DNA of 64,000 nt from a bacterium (GTDB lineage: Bacteria; UBA8248; JACPRG01; G963555815), in NCBI GenBank assembly GCA_965218795.1, contig OZ244653.1, positions 1,664,001 to 1,728,000 of the forward strand, read 5' to 3'. Below are positions 9,848-18,791 of the stretch, in pieces (position 1 is the stretch's first letter; every line of letters starts with the position of its first letter). The position numbers were made by a program, and so were the translations under genes. The notes beneath the pieces were generated by a model. That model did not search any database and was not told the origin of the DNA. It saw only the letters and a list, made by a program, of their open reading frames with translations.

Positions 9848-10318
9848 TCAACCCTCTCCTCGAACGAGGCGATGAAAGCGTATCGTCCCTCTCAGCGCGC
9901 CAAAAGCGGCCAGGGTGCCTGCGGCACTGTGAGACCACGAGATGTATCGAATGATAACGACTATCTCATCATTCAACGCTTCAAGCTCTATAAACAACGA
10001 TAGAAAAGAATCATAAAACAACTGGAACGAGAAAAACAGGAAGAGGAAACCCGCGAGGACGCGGCTTTTCTTCCTGTCTATGAAGCAGGCCGAAATGACG
10101 AGAATGAAAAATTGAAACAACCCACTCCCAAACGACATGTCATACGCTGACAGTAGTTCACGATCTGTAAATTTCAGGAGCATAAGCGCGAACACCAAAA
10201 GCGGAAACATGAGGGCGGCCAGAACATATATCCCATTCGCGCTGCGCCCGATGATTTCCTCCGCCTGCGTCCCGGTCTCGATGGGGTTGAGCAAGACCTG
10301 CTCCAAATAATCTTTCAT
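9848..10318 (-). CDS. 4-TM membrane protein, paralog 3
   Basis: MKDYLEQVLLNPI...ALRGTIRFHRL, homologous to the two upstream paralogs. Confidence 0.7.
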   Translation of the reverse strand: MKDYLEQVLLNPIETGTQAEEIIGRSANGIYVLAALMFPLLVFALMLLKFTDRELLSAYDMSFGSGLFQFFILVISACFIDRKKSRVLAGFLFLFFSFQLFYDSFLSLFIELEALNDEIVVIIRYISWSHSAAGTLAAFGALRGTIRFHRLVRGEG

Positions 10319-10506
10319 CCGCCCGCCCTCTCGCCGGACCGCCGGTCCGCTTTCAATGGACTTTCGGCTGCTATGGATTCTTCAGCGAACGTCTTGTGCG
10401 CTTCCGTAGCCTTCCGCAGGCTGTTTTCCACACGGTCCCGGAACCTGCGAAGTCCGGCAGTGGAGGCGTCTTCGATTTTCAGATGGATGACGGTTTGATT
10501 CGTCAT
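10315..10506 (-). CDS. Short tape-measure N-terminus-like stub (63 aa)
   Basis: MTNQTVIHLKIED...AHKTFAEES; shares a 27-bp identical stretch with 9715-9741. Confidence 0.55.
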   Translation of the reverse strand: MTNQTVIHLKIEDASTAGLRRFRDRVENSLRKATEAHKTFAEESIAAESPLKADRRSGERAGG

Positions 10507-10510
10507 TCTT

Positions 10511-10969
10511 CTACTCCTCCTTCCTCAACTGATGAAACCGGACGGTTGAGCGAATCGCGCCTATCGCCAAAAGTATCGCTACGGCGTTAAGTAAAATTGA
10601 TAATGCCCAAAGATAACCAAGACCCCATCGGGCAACGAATTCAGGACCCAGTAACACTGTGGGAAATATGACAAAAAGCAGTTCGCAGATAAAATAGAGG
10701 GTAAACAATCCCGCCAGGAACCGGCTCGCCAAGCGATTCATCAAGAAGGCGCCAGTCATAATGAAAATCACAATAAGCATGATTCTCAGATTCTCATTCG
10801 GCGGAAGCTCCATATGGAAAAAAACCTCCTCGATTGTATTCAACAGACCCGAAACGAGTCCGACGCCCCCCATGACGTAGAACCCGAATGTTGCCCATTT
10901 CGTGATTCCCTTTGCCTGCTCGACGGTCGTGATGGGCTCGAACAGCAATCTCCTGAAAAACCGTTTCAT
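10511..10969 (-). CDS. 4-TM membrane protein, paralog 2
   Basis: MKRFFRRLLFEPI...AIRSTVRFHQL. Confidence 0.7.
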   Translation of the reverse strand: MKRFFRRLLFEPITTVEQAKGITKWATFGFYVMGGVGLVSGLLNTIEEVFFHMELPPNENLRIMLIVIFIMTGAFLMNRLASRFLAGLFTLYFICELLFVIFPTVLLGPEFVARWGLGYLWALSILLNAVAILLAIGAIRSTVRFHQLRKEE

Positions 10970-11426
10970 CTCCCCCCCGCATCAGTTCTCTGAACCGGCG
11001 TGTCGCCCTGATCCCGCTATAGCCGAAAACAACTCCGCAGGTATAATAAATCAGCTTATAACCCAACACTATCATTCGAAAATGATCACGGGTATCAATT
11101 TCATTCCCCAAAAAAAGCGTGGCGACCCCTATGGAATCAGGGGCAAAGATGATTAACATGACCCAGGCAAATATCGGTCTTTTTGTCAGACTTAAATAAT
11201 AAGCCAGTATAAAAATGAATAGCACAGAAAAAATCAGATTCATAGATGTCAATTCGGGGTATGAATCAATGATCTGGAATTTGAACAGAAAGGCGCGAAT
11301 GATTGTTTCTATCAAGGGTACGCAACCGATCGAATAAAAACCATAGGATGCGAACCTTATGGCTTTCGCCGCATCATCCGAGGTCTTGAGCGGGTCTATC
11401 AACAGACTCTTGAAATAGCCTTTCAT
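10794..11426 (-). CDS. 4-TM membrane protein, paralog 1 (reads through a G7 tract into the next gene)
   Basis: MKGYFKSLLIDPL...GIRATRRFREL; expected ATGA overlap at ~10969 is out of frame. Confidence 0.65.
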   Translation of the reverse strand: MKGYFKSLLIDPLKTSDDAAKAIRFASYGFYSIGCVPLIETIIRAFLFKFQIIDSYPELTSMNLIFSVLFIFILAYYLSLTKRPIFAWVMLIIFAPDSIGVATLFLGNEIDTRDHFRMIVLGYKLIYYTCGVVFGYSGIRATRRFRELMRGGDETVFQEIAVRAHHDRRAGKGNHEMGNIRVLRHGGRRTRFGSVEYNRGGFFPYGASAE

Positions 11427-11640
11427 CGCCCCGCCCTCTCGCCTGACTGTCGATTCACTTTCAATGGACTTTCGGCTACTATCTGTCATCTGTCCACCCC
11501 TGTCAAGAACCGGATTCAACAGGTCCTCCCCAGACCCCTCTATGCTGCCTGGATTCCTGCGTGCAACTCATCCCCGAAGGTCCCCGCTTAAGACTTGCGG
11601 GGACATGCTTCATCGGGGACGGGAAGGACGGACAAGGCGC

Positions 11641-11822
11641 GCCCCCCACCCTGCCCTCCCCTCAAGGGGGGAGGGGGAAGGGGTACAGCACCCCCGCCCC
11701 TGCTGTTAATCACTCCCCCCTTGAGGGGGAGTCGGCGCCCTGCGCCGGTGGGGGGATTTCAGGATTTCGGGTTACGCTTCGCTAACCCGACCTACGGGCT
11801 TCATCGGGGAGCGGGAATCCAG
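11641..11822. repeat. Cluster of BoxC-like and CGTC-like palindromic repeats
   Basis: CCCTCCCCTCAAGGGGGGAGGGG, CACTCCCCCCTTGAGGGGGAGT, GCGGGAATCCAG. Confidence 0.6.
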
Positions 11823-11967
11823 GATGCAGGGGCAGGACCCCGATACGCTGCCCAGGACCTCGGCCGCGGCCTGTCCGCCTCCTGCCGTACAGACAGGCCG
11901 CGGCGGCAACAGGCGGGCGGCCCGGGAGGCGTTCAGGCCGAAGCGGGACATGTCCAGGCAGGCCCGC

Positions 11968-12354
11968 TCAGTCCATACGACCCGCTGGCCTGCCCTGAAT
12001 GTATTCGTCGGGGGGCCTGCCCTGTCCGCGGACGAACTCATCGATCTGATCCAGCCGGTTCCACAGCCGCGCAGCTTGCCCCCGCGTCAGCTTGAGGTCC
12101 AAAAGGGCGGAGGCAACCTCCCGCGCGATCGGGAAATCCCGCGCGATGGGACGGGACATCAAGGCATAGACCTGAACGGCCTCTGCGTTTTCCGGCATCA
12201 GCTCGAAGTTTTCCCAGACGCACTCCCTGCAGGGGAGGTCGATTTCGTATTCGATCCCTTCCTGTCTGGCGGCTTGCTGTTCCTCCCGCGCCAATCGTTC
12301 GCAGGCACCGCAATCGAGCTTGGGAAAATCCCGCTTGCGCCGGAGGAACTCCAT
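11968..12354 (-). CDS. Tail assembly chaperone, frameshifted (gpT-like) part
   Basis: Lies in the -1 frame of the upstream chaperone after a slippery site; two CxxC motifs; LMPENAEAVQVY. Confidence 0.7.
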   Translation of the reverse strand: MEFLRRKRDFPKLDCGACERLAREEQQAARQEGIEYEIDLPCRECVWENFELMPENAEAVQVYALMSRPIARDFPIAREVASALLDLKLTRGQAARLWNRLDQIDEFVRGQGRPPDEYIQGRPAGRMD

Positions 12355-12707
12355 CAGTTTTTTTCCGATTCCTCTTCAGCCTCTTCCGCGCGCCGGTTCA
12401 TGGCAGTCACGAGCTCGTCCTGAACGTCCTCGGGAAGCCGCCGAATGTTTTCCGGGACGCATGGAATGGCCTCACCCGTTTTGGGATGCGTCACCCCCCG
12501 CCAATCCTGGATGCACCATTCCAAATAGCGAAGTTGGAATTCAAGGAAGTCGATCCCGCCATCCTTATGGGTCGCATTTGGATTCGGGATAATCTCCCGC
12601 ATCTTCTCGCGCTTCTTCTCAACCGACATCCTGCGGTACACAAAGACCGCATCCCTCACGGATACCTCAAAGGTTTCGTCGTCCGTTATGATCTGAATCG
12701 GGCTCAT
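12354..12707 (-). CDS. Tail assembly chaperone (gpG-like)
   Basis: 117 aa, IQDWRGV..GEAIPCVPEN, ends EEESEKN with an A AAA AAC heptamer. Confidence 0.75.
   Translation of the reverse strand: MSPIQIITDDETFEVSVRDAVFVYRRMSVEKKREKMREIIPNPNATHKDGGIDFLEFQLRYLEWCIQDWRGVTHPKTGEAIPCVPENIRRLPEDVQDELVTAMNRRAEEAEEESEKN
12357..12363 (-). other. Programmed -1 frameshift slippery heptamer A AAA AAC
   Basis: GAA AAA AAC TGA; the -1 frame continues AAA CTG ATG GAG into ORF 11968-12354. Confidence 0.75.
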
Positions 12708-12708
12708 T

Positions 12709-12955
12709 GGCTACCTCCCATTGCATCGCATGAGCGGCCCTGCGGGCCGAGAAAAGCCGGGCCGGTACGGAGCCCGGCCCCTACGAAAAAGCAACGTCCC
12801 GTTGCATCGCATTAGGCACTCGCCTGCGGCGAGATGCCGCCAGCGTCCCGCTGGACCGCTTTCGTTACGCCCGCGCTATTTGCTCACGTTGTCTTTGTCT
12901 TTGCCGCCCAAGGGAACCGCAAGGGCGGCGAATGCGGTCCAGGTCGGAGACCTGG
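12709..12955. repeat. Two-hairpin intergenic repeat locus 4
   Basis: Starts immediately after TAG (CCAGGTCTCCGACCTGG) and ends GCAATGGGAGGTAGCCA-ATG. Confidence 0.9.
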
Positions 12956-13465
12956 CTAGATTTCGAGGCATTCGAGGATCAGGGGCTCGCGGGTCAGCTC
13001 GTACTCGACGACCCGGTAATCCCCCAGGTCCAGGCGGTCGTTCCAATCCGTCGCGCCCGGCTGGATCAGGGTCAGACGCACCTGCCCGCTGAGGATGTTC
13101 TCCTCGGCCTCGATGGCCGAGCAGGCCAGGTCGTCGTTGGAGACGACCACGGAGACCTCCGCCGGCTCCGACTGGGCGAACCCTTCCTCCAGCGAGGCGT
13201 CCGGGCTGCCTTCCGCCAGCGAGCCGATCTCGATCACCCGCCCGCCCCGGTCCAGGATGCCGCCCAGGCCGCTTCCGGCCTTGATGGCGCCGTCGCCCTT
13301 CCATGCGCCGTCGGCCAGGTGCTCGTCACCCGCGGCGTCCGCCAGTCCGGGGGGATAGTGCGTGGACCACACCCGTACGCCGAACGCGTTGGAGAAGAAG
13401 ACGATCGGGATGGAGCGCTCGCCCCGCTTCATGGCGTTGTCGAAATTGAGGCTGGTTGGGAGCAA
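12956..13465 (-). CDS. Phage tail protein (tail tip component)
   Basis: TTG start with GGAGG SD; 169 aa, beta-rich; shares an ADG..DG..AG motif with ORF 4032-5279. Confidence 0.55.
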   Translation of the reverse strand: MLPTSLNFDNAMKRGERSIPIVFFSNAFGVRVWSTHYPPGLADAAGDEHLADGAWKGDGAIKAGSGLGGILDRGGRVIEIGSLAEGSPDASLEEGFAQSEPAEVSVVVSNDDLACSAIEAEENILSGQVRLTLIQPGATDWNDRLDLGDYRVVEYELTREPLILECLEI

Positions 13466-13485
13466 CGTGATCCTCCGATCTCGCT

Positions 13486-14154
13486 GCCAGGTCTTCGACC
13501 TGGCAACCTCCGGTTGCATCGCGTTAGGCACTCGCCTGCGGCGAGATGCCGCCGGCCGGCAATGTGCTGGTTTCTCTTTCGCCGCGCCTCGAATTCTCAG
13601 GCGCGGCCAATACGGTCCAGGTCCGAGACCTGGCAACCTCCGGTTGCATCGCGTTAGGCACTCGCCTGCGGCGAGATGCCGCCGGCCGGCAATGTGCTGG
13701 TTTCTCTTTCGCCGCGCCTCGAATTCTCAGGCGCGGCCAATACGGTCCAGGTCCGAGACCTGGCAACCTCCGGTTGCATCGCGTTAGGCACTCGCCTGCG
13801 GCGAGATGCCGCCGGCCGGCAATGTGCTGGTTTCTCTTTCGCCGCGCCTCGAATTCTCAGGCGCGGCCAATACGGTCCAGGTCCGAGACCTGGCAACCTC
13901 CGGTTGCATCGCGTTAGGCACTCGCCTGCGGCGAGATGCCGCCGGCCGGCAATGTGCCGGTTTCTCTTTCGCCGCGCCTCGAATTCTCAGGCGCGGCCAA
14001 TACGGTCCAGGTCCGAGACCTGGCAACCTCCGGTTGCATCGCGTTAGGCACTCGCCTGCGGCGAGATGCCGCCGGCCGGCAATGTGCCGGTTTCTCTTTC
14101 GCCGCGCCTCGAATTCTCAGGCGCGGCCAATGCGGTCCAGGTCCGAGACCTGGC
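13486..14154. repeat. Two-hairpin repeat locus 5: five near-identical 130-bp tandem units
   Basis: Units at 13501, 13631, 13761, 13891 and 14021; only 1-2 substitutions between copies. Confidence 0.97.
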
Positions 14155-15674
14155 TAGAAAGAGCTCATCGGGCGTTCCTCGAGCTCCACCTGAAGGTCGG
14201 CGAAGCTGGAGGACCGGTGGCGGAACCGGAGCGGCCCGACCCAGTGGACGAGGTACGTCTCGGACGGGAGGGCGGAATCCGGCATGAAGAAAAACGGGTT
14301 CGACTTCACGGCCGAACGGTCCTTGACGGCCTCGTAGAGCCTCCGGAATCCCGTCCGGTCCGAGGAGTCGAGCAGCCGGTACGGCAAATCGAAGATCCGG
14401 GCGCGGTTCCGCAGGATGGGCCGGGGCGCGCCCGCCGCGGTCCGCTGGTCATCCTCGTCGGCTTCCTGGCTCTCCTCGAAATCCAGGACGTAGTTTTTCG
14501 CTGGCTCGAAATGCGTGCCTAAAAAGACCTCGCCGATCTCCAGGCGCCCCTCCGCGCCCGACTTGTCCGCAACGCGGATCTGCCAGTAACGGCAGGACTG
14601 CCCTGAAATGAAGGCGCCGATGGTGTCCGCCGCGTGCGTCAGGTTCCGCGTGAACGCCGGGCTTCCCCACTCGTTGGACGAATTGCCGAGAAGCTGGATG
14701 ACCGTGGACGAGGCGCTGATGTTGTGGGCGTGGAGGACGAGGACCGTCGGGGAGATGGCCGTCCCGGCGTCGATGGTCAGCGTCTCGGGCAGATAGGCCG
14801 GCGCCAGCCGCTCGCAATCGGGGGCGGTCGTCGGACCGGCGGCCGGCTTCAGCCGGACGTAATACTTGTCCGCGTCCAGGGCGGCCTCGCCCTGCCTGGC
14901 CCAGTCGGAAGGGATCGTGAAGGTGACGTCGCCGTCCCGGGCAAAGGTGTTCCCGTCCGAAGCCGTGCCGTCGGTCAGTCCGTTCACCGCCGTCCAGGCC
15001 GTTCCGTTGTGGCGCTCGACTGTCAAGGCGCCCGCGCCGGCCGCGGCGGTGCGAACGTCCACGGCGATCCGGTCGAAGGGGACACGACAGCCCACGTAGA
15101 CGGTATCGCCTCCGGCCGCGTCCGCCCAGATGGGACCCGTGGTTGACCCGGCCTCGCTGAAGGCCTCAGGCGTCTTGTCCGTGAAGCCGGGCGCCGAGGC
15201 GTCGTAAACCTCCACGTTCACGTCGGCCAGGGCGGGCCGGTGGATGAACAAGGCGCTCCGCCAGGGGATGTCCGGGTCCCGGTCGATGGTCTTCGCCGGC
15301 GAGAAGAAACGTGTGGCCTTGAAGGTCCACTTGTCGCCCAGGTTGAAATCCGTCCCCGTGCCGGAGCCGAAACGCACCAGAACCCCGTCCTCCAGCGTAA
15401 CCGACGACGCGCGGGGGGCGACGGCCGCGGCCTCCCACCCGATGGAGGCGTTCTTCCGCCACTTGAAGGTGGCCGCGCCGATATCCCCGGCCCCGTCGAC
15501 CTCCACGGTGTAGAGACGGTCGTCCGTGCCGGCATAGGCGCCCGAGGGGGTCATCGTGCCCGCGCCGGTGCCCTCCTTGAGAGGAGAGCCGACGGTCCCC
15601 GCCCAGATGCTCGACGCGGTGAGCATGGAACCCGCGGTGATCAGGTTGTCGTACAGATACCTTCCCTTGCCCAT
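14154..15674 (-). CDS. Distal-tail-like protein with inserted beta-sandwich domains
   Basis: 506 aa; C-terminal RLEIGEVFLG...PFFFMPD...LQVELEE resembles Dit-type proteins. Confidence 0.55.
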   Translation of the reverse strand: MGKGRYLYDNLITAGSMLTASSIWAGTVGSPLKEGTGAGTMTPSGAYAGTDDRLYTVEVDGAGDIGAATFKWRKNASIGWEAAAVAPRASSVTLEDGVLVRFGSGTGTDFNLGDKWTFKATRFFSPAKTIDRDPDIPWRSALFIHRPALADVNVEVYDASAPGFTDKTPEAFSEAGSTTGPIWADAAGGDTVYVGCRVPFDRIAVDVRTAAAGAGALTVERHNGTAWTAVNGLTDGTASDGNTFARDGDVTFTIPSDWARQGEAALDADKYYVRLKPAAGPTTAPDCERLAPAYLPETLTIDAGTAISPTVLVLHAHNISASSTVIQLLGNSSNEWGSPAFTRNLTHAADTIGAFISGQSCRYWQIRVADKSGAEGRLEIGEVFLGTHFEPAKNYVLDFEESQEADEDDQRTAAGAPRPILRNRARIFDLPYRLLDSSDRTGFRRLYEAVKDRSAVKSNPFFFMPDSALPSETYLVHWVGPLRFRHRSSSFADLQVELEERPMSSF

Positions 15675-15676
15675 GA

Positions 15677-16181
15677 GGCAACCTCCGGCCAGGCTTTCGC
15701 CTGGACCGCATGGGCCGCGCCTGAACATCCGAGACGCGGCAAAGACAGGATGCCGTGTGAATCGCAGCGGCGGGGCGGCGTGCCGCCAGGTCTCCGACCT
15801 GGACCGCATTAGGCACTCGCCTACGGCGAGATGCCGTTGGCCGGCAACGTGCCGGGGGATTTCCGACCCTTGGGTCGCATGGAGAGACGGGGCTTGAGTC
15901 GGTGACTCTTCAGCCTGTGGCTGACCTGACCCTCCACAAAAAAAGCGCGTCCGATTGGACGCGCCACCAAGTCATCGACCTGGACCGGCCACCTCCCGTT
16001 GCATCGCGTTGGCCGCGTTGAGGGCTCACGCCCTGACGCGGCAACGTCCCGTTGCATCGCATTGGCCGCGTTGAGGGCTCCGCCCTGACGCGGCGAAAGC
16101 GCACCGGCGCGTCGCCGGTCGCTTGCGCGACAAGAACAAAGCGACCCAAAGGGTCGCGAAAGTGATCAACCCGGAGGGTTG
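15677..16181. repeat. Two-hairpin intergenic repeat locus 6
   Basis: About six core motifs; begins right after the TGA of the tail tube gene and ends CCGGAGGTTGCCTC-ATG. Confidence 0.9.
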
Positions 16182-17225
16182 TCACGCCAGCTCGCCCGTC
16201 GCGTGCCGATTCGTGACGGCGATCCGGAACGGTTTCGTGATGCCCGTCATGCCGGAGGGAGCGGTCTGCGCCTCCTCGCAGCGGCCCGAGACCGAATGTC
16301 CGATCTTGCCGGGGCCGGAAACCGCCGCGTCGCCCCCCGTCAGGATGAGCTGGGGCAGGGAGACGGTCGCCGTGTAGTTGTTGCCGCTCCCCGCGTCCAC
16401 ACCCGAGTCGAACGTCAGGTCGGCCTTGAGGGCGGTGTGGTTGACGACGCGGTCGATCTGCGCGGCGTCGGTGTACTCCGGCAGGGCGAACTCGAACGTG
16501 ACGGTGGGCATGCCGTCCTCGGTCGGTTCGACGATCCCTTGCCGGCCGGCCACGTGATCCGCGGAATGCGGGCGCGTCACGGAGAGCGTGAAGCTTGTGA
16601 TCTGCAAATCGTCCGCGGGGCTGGCGAGCGCGGACCCGCTCTGGGCGTTCAGCCGGAAGGTCAAGTGCCGCGAGAGGACGCGCAGCGCCTTGGAGCGGTA
16701 GGTGACGCCGGCGATGGTCGTGTTGTTGTTGGCGCCCGAGGCGGTGTTCCGGTTCAGGGCGTCGCACCGGGTCGTGACCTCGAAGGTGACCGGCTGACCC
16801 GCCTCGCCGCTGATCGAGAACCCGATGACCTTGGCGCCCGGGAACTCCCAGACCTCGGGGCCCTTGTCGATGGCGACCGTGCCGAAGAGGCCGTCGAGCG
16901 AATCGATGAAATCCAGCGTGTGGGTATAGGCCGTGGCCGCGGCGATCTGCCGGGCCGAGGCCGAGCCCATCCCAAGGGCGATCAACCGCCAGAGGGCGGA
17001 ATCGTACCGGAGAAAGCCGGAAAGGGTTCCCTCGATGTTGACGTCGCCCGCCTCGGAGGTCTGCTGAAAACCGACCCCCGCCTCCTCCGCGATCAGGTCC
17101 TCCGGCGCGCCCGCGCCCAGGCCCTCGCCCGTGAGAAGGAGCCCGTCGGCCGCTCCCGCCGCGACAGGCGTTCCCCAGACGACTCCCTTTTTCAGTCCAA
17201 CGATGACTTCGCGCCCTGTGCTCAC
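16182..17225 (-). CDS. Major tail tube protein
   Basis: 347 aa, beta-rich, WGTPV, AYTHT, WEFPGAKVIGFSISG; follows the tail completion genes. Confidence 0.75.
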   Translation of the reverse strand: MSTGREVIVGLKKGVVWGTPVAAGAADGLLLTGEGLGAGAPEDLIAEEAGVGFQQTSEAGDVNIEGTLSGFLRYDSALWRLIALGMGSASARQIAAATAYTHTLDFIDSLDGLFGTVAIDKGPEVWEFPGAKVIGFSISGEAGQPVTFEVTTRCDALNRNTASGANNNTTIAGVTYRSKALRVLSRHLTFRLNAQSGSALASPADDLQITSFTLSVTRPHSADHVAGRQGIVEPTEDGMPTVTFEFALPEYTDAAQIDRVVNHTALKADLTFDSGVDAGSGNNYTATVSLPQLILTGGDAAVSGPGKIGHSVSGRCEEAQTAPSGMTGITKPFRIAVTNRHATGELA

Positions 17226-17599
17226 TGCTGACCCCCTTCCCGGTTCATCGAGGTCTGAAAGACCTCGAGGCGGACCTTTTTTTCACAAGCCTCGAACGCG
17301 GCGACCATCTCGTCGATCAGTTCGGCCTTCTTCGTGTCCCGCGCGTTGAGGAACCCGCCGGCGCAGGCCTCGGCCAGGCGGTTGCGGATCCCGCGGATCC
17401 CGCTCATGGATTTCGCTTCCAGGAACGCTCGGAAAGCCGCGGGTTCCCCGTCGGCCTCGCCGCTCACGTCCGATTCGGCGGGCTGGAAGAACGCCAGGCC
17501 CGCCAAGGCGTCGGCGACCTGGTACTCCTCGCCCGGTTCCAGCTTCCCCAGCGCCGGGTGATACGTAATCCCCCGGCCGGCGTATCTGACCTTTTTCAC
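17222..17599 (-). CDS. Hypothetical phage protein with a Rho-N/HeH-like C-terminal motif
   Basis: GTG start with AAGGAGG SD; TKKAELID motif. Confidence 0.55.
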   Translation of the reverse strand: MKKVRYAGRGITYHPALGKLEPGEEYQVADALAGLAFFQPAESDVSGEADGEPAAFRAFLEAKSMSGIRGIRNRLAEACAGGFLNARDTKKAELIDEMVAAFEACEKKVRLEVFQTSMNREGGQQ

Positions 17600-17611
17600 T
17601 CCTGCCTCCTT

Positions 17612-17737
17612 GGGGCAACGTGCCCCTGCGATCTCGCCATCCTTGTGCTTCGCTTGGATGGCCCGGCATCGTGCCGGTTTGTTTTGCCGCGCCTCGGATT
17701 CTCAGGTGCGGCGAATGCGGTCCAGGCGAAAGCCTGG
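17612..17737. repeat. Two-hairpin intergenic repeat locus 7
   Basis: TGA followed directly by CCAGGCTTTCGCCTGGACCGCATT. Confidence 0.85.
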
Positions 17738-18178
17738 TCAGTAGGTCACGTCCTCGCGGACGTCCAGGGTGATCTCTCCGAAATGGCAGAGGGTGCCGGC
17801 GAAACGGGCGTGGCCGTCCCGCGTCACCTGGGGCGGGCCGGAGCTTTCCGCGGACCCGTTCAGGCTGTTGTTCCGCCGCAGGGCGTCGCAGACGGTCTCC
17901 ATCAGGTCGGAGAAGGTCTTCTCCGTGGCGTCGGAATCGTCCAGGGAGTACACCCCGGTGATGCGGACCCGGTGCGTCCGGACGTGCTGCTGCTGCGCCT
18001 CGGCCGCCTCGGTGGACTGCTCCCGCGTGACGGCCCAGACGTGGATCCGCCCCCCGCTGACGTAGAGGGTCTGGAAGCCTTCCGCCTCGACGTCCCACCG
18101 CTGGTAGTCGTGGACAATCCCGATGCCGGCAACGCCTTCCAGAATGGTCTTGATCTGTGTACGGATGTCGGCCCACAT
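17738..18178 (-). CDS. Tail terminator / completion protein
   Basis: IRTQIKTILEGVAGIGIVHDYQR..LCHFGEITL; position in the operon. Confidence 0.65.
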   Translation of the reverse strand: MWADIRTQIKTILEGVAGIGIVHDYQRWDVEAEGFQTLYVSGGRIHVWAVTREQSTEAAEAQQQHVRTHRVRITGVYSLDDSDATEKTFSDLMETVCDALRRNNSLNGSAESSGPPQVTRDGHARFAGTLCHFGEITLDVREDVTY

Positions 18179-18181
18179 TTT

Positions 18182-18233
18182 CCCTCACCCCTCACCCCTG
18201 ACCCTCACCCTGACCCTCTCCCACGGGGAGAGG
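18182..18233. repeat. BoxC-like repeat
   Basis: CCCTCACCCTGACCCTCTCCCACGGGGAGAGGG; similar copies at 19530-19572 and 25664-25728. Confidence 0.7.
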
Positions 18234-18242
18234 GAAACAGAG

Positions 18243-18728
18243 CTACCGGTTGAGATCGTCCGCGATGCGCCGGATGCGCCGCTCGAGCGTCCGGAGGGCG
18301 AACCGCCGGATCGGCTCGAGAGACCTCCCGAACATGCCCCGGGGCTTCGTGCCCCTCCGTCCGATGGCCCGGGCGACGACGAACGCCACGCCGCGCGACT
18401 TTTCCCTGGGAACGTTCAGGACCTCCTCGACCCAGGAGACCAGCGCTTCCGGCGGAGGCATCCTGCCCGGCCTCCGGCCTTCCTCGACCGCCGGCCCGTA
18501 GGCCGCCGGCGTTCCCCACAGGACGGCGGGTTGGGGGGAGACCCTGACCTCGCCGAGGATGCGGCTGTGAAGGTTCCCCGTCGCGCCTGCGGGCGTCCGC
18601 TTCCGGATCTCCCGCTCGCCGAAGGCCGCGACCTCCGTCAGAGCCTCTTCCAGGTGACGGCGGATGACGGTCTCGGGGTCCTCGAAGAGCTTCCCCTTCT
18701 TTCGGATGGTCATGCGGATGATCAGCAA
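18243..18728 (-). CDS. HK97 gp10-like tail component
   Basis: RTPAGATGNL, YGPAVEEGRRPG..PP..L..WV, IGRRGTKPRGMF. Confidence 0.75.
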   Translation of the reverse strand: MLIIRMTIRKKGKLFEDPETVIRRHLEEALTEVAAFGEREIRKRTPAGATGNLHSRILGEVRVSPQPAVLWGTPAAYGPAVEEGRRPGRMPPPEALVSWVEEVLNVPREKSRGVAFVVARAIGRRGTKPRGMFGRSLEPIRRFALRTLERRIRRIADDLNR

Positions 18729-18791
18729 AGTGGAGGCTCCCGAGATGACTGCCGCCGGGCCGGGCGGCCCTGCGACGTTTGACGGCTCCGG

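Noticed and set aside
13501-14150. CRISPR array
   Set aside because: Whole 130-bp units are repeated with no unique spacers, and no cas genes are present
13362-14287. Repeated 80-141 aa ORFs (MPGLGPGPYW..., MPPAGNVLV...)
   Set aside because: They are translations of the tandem repeat, with no coding signature
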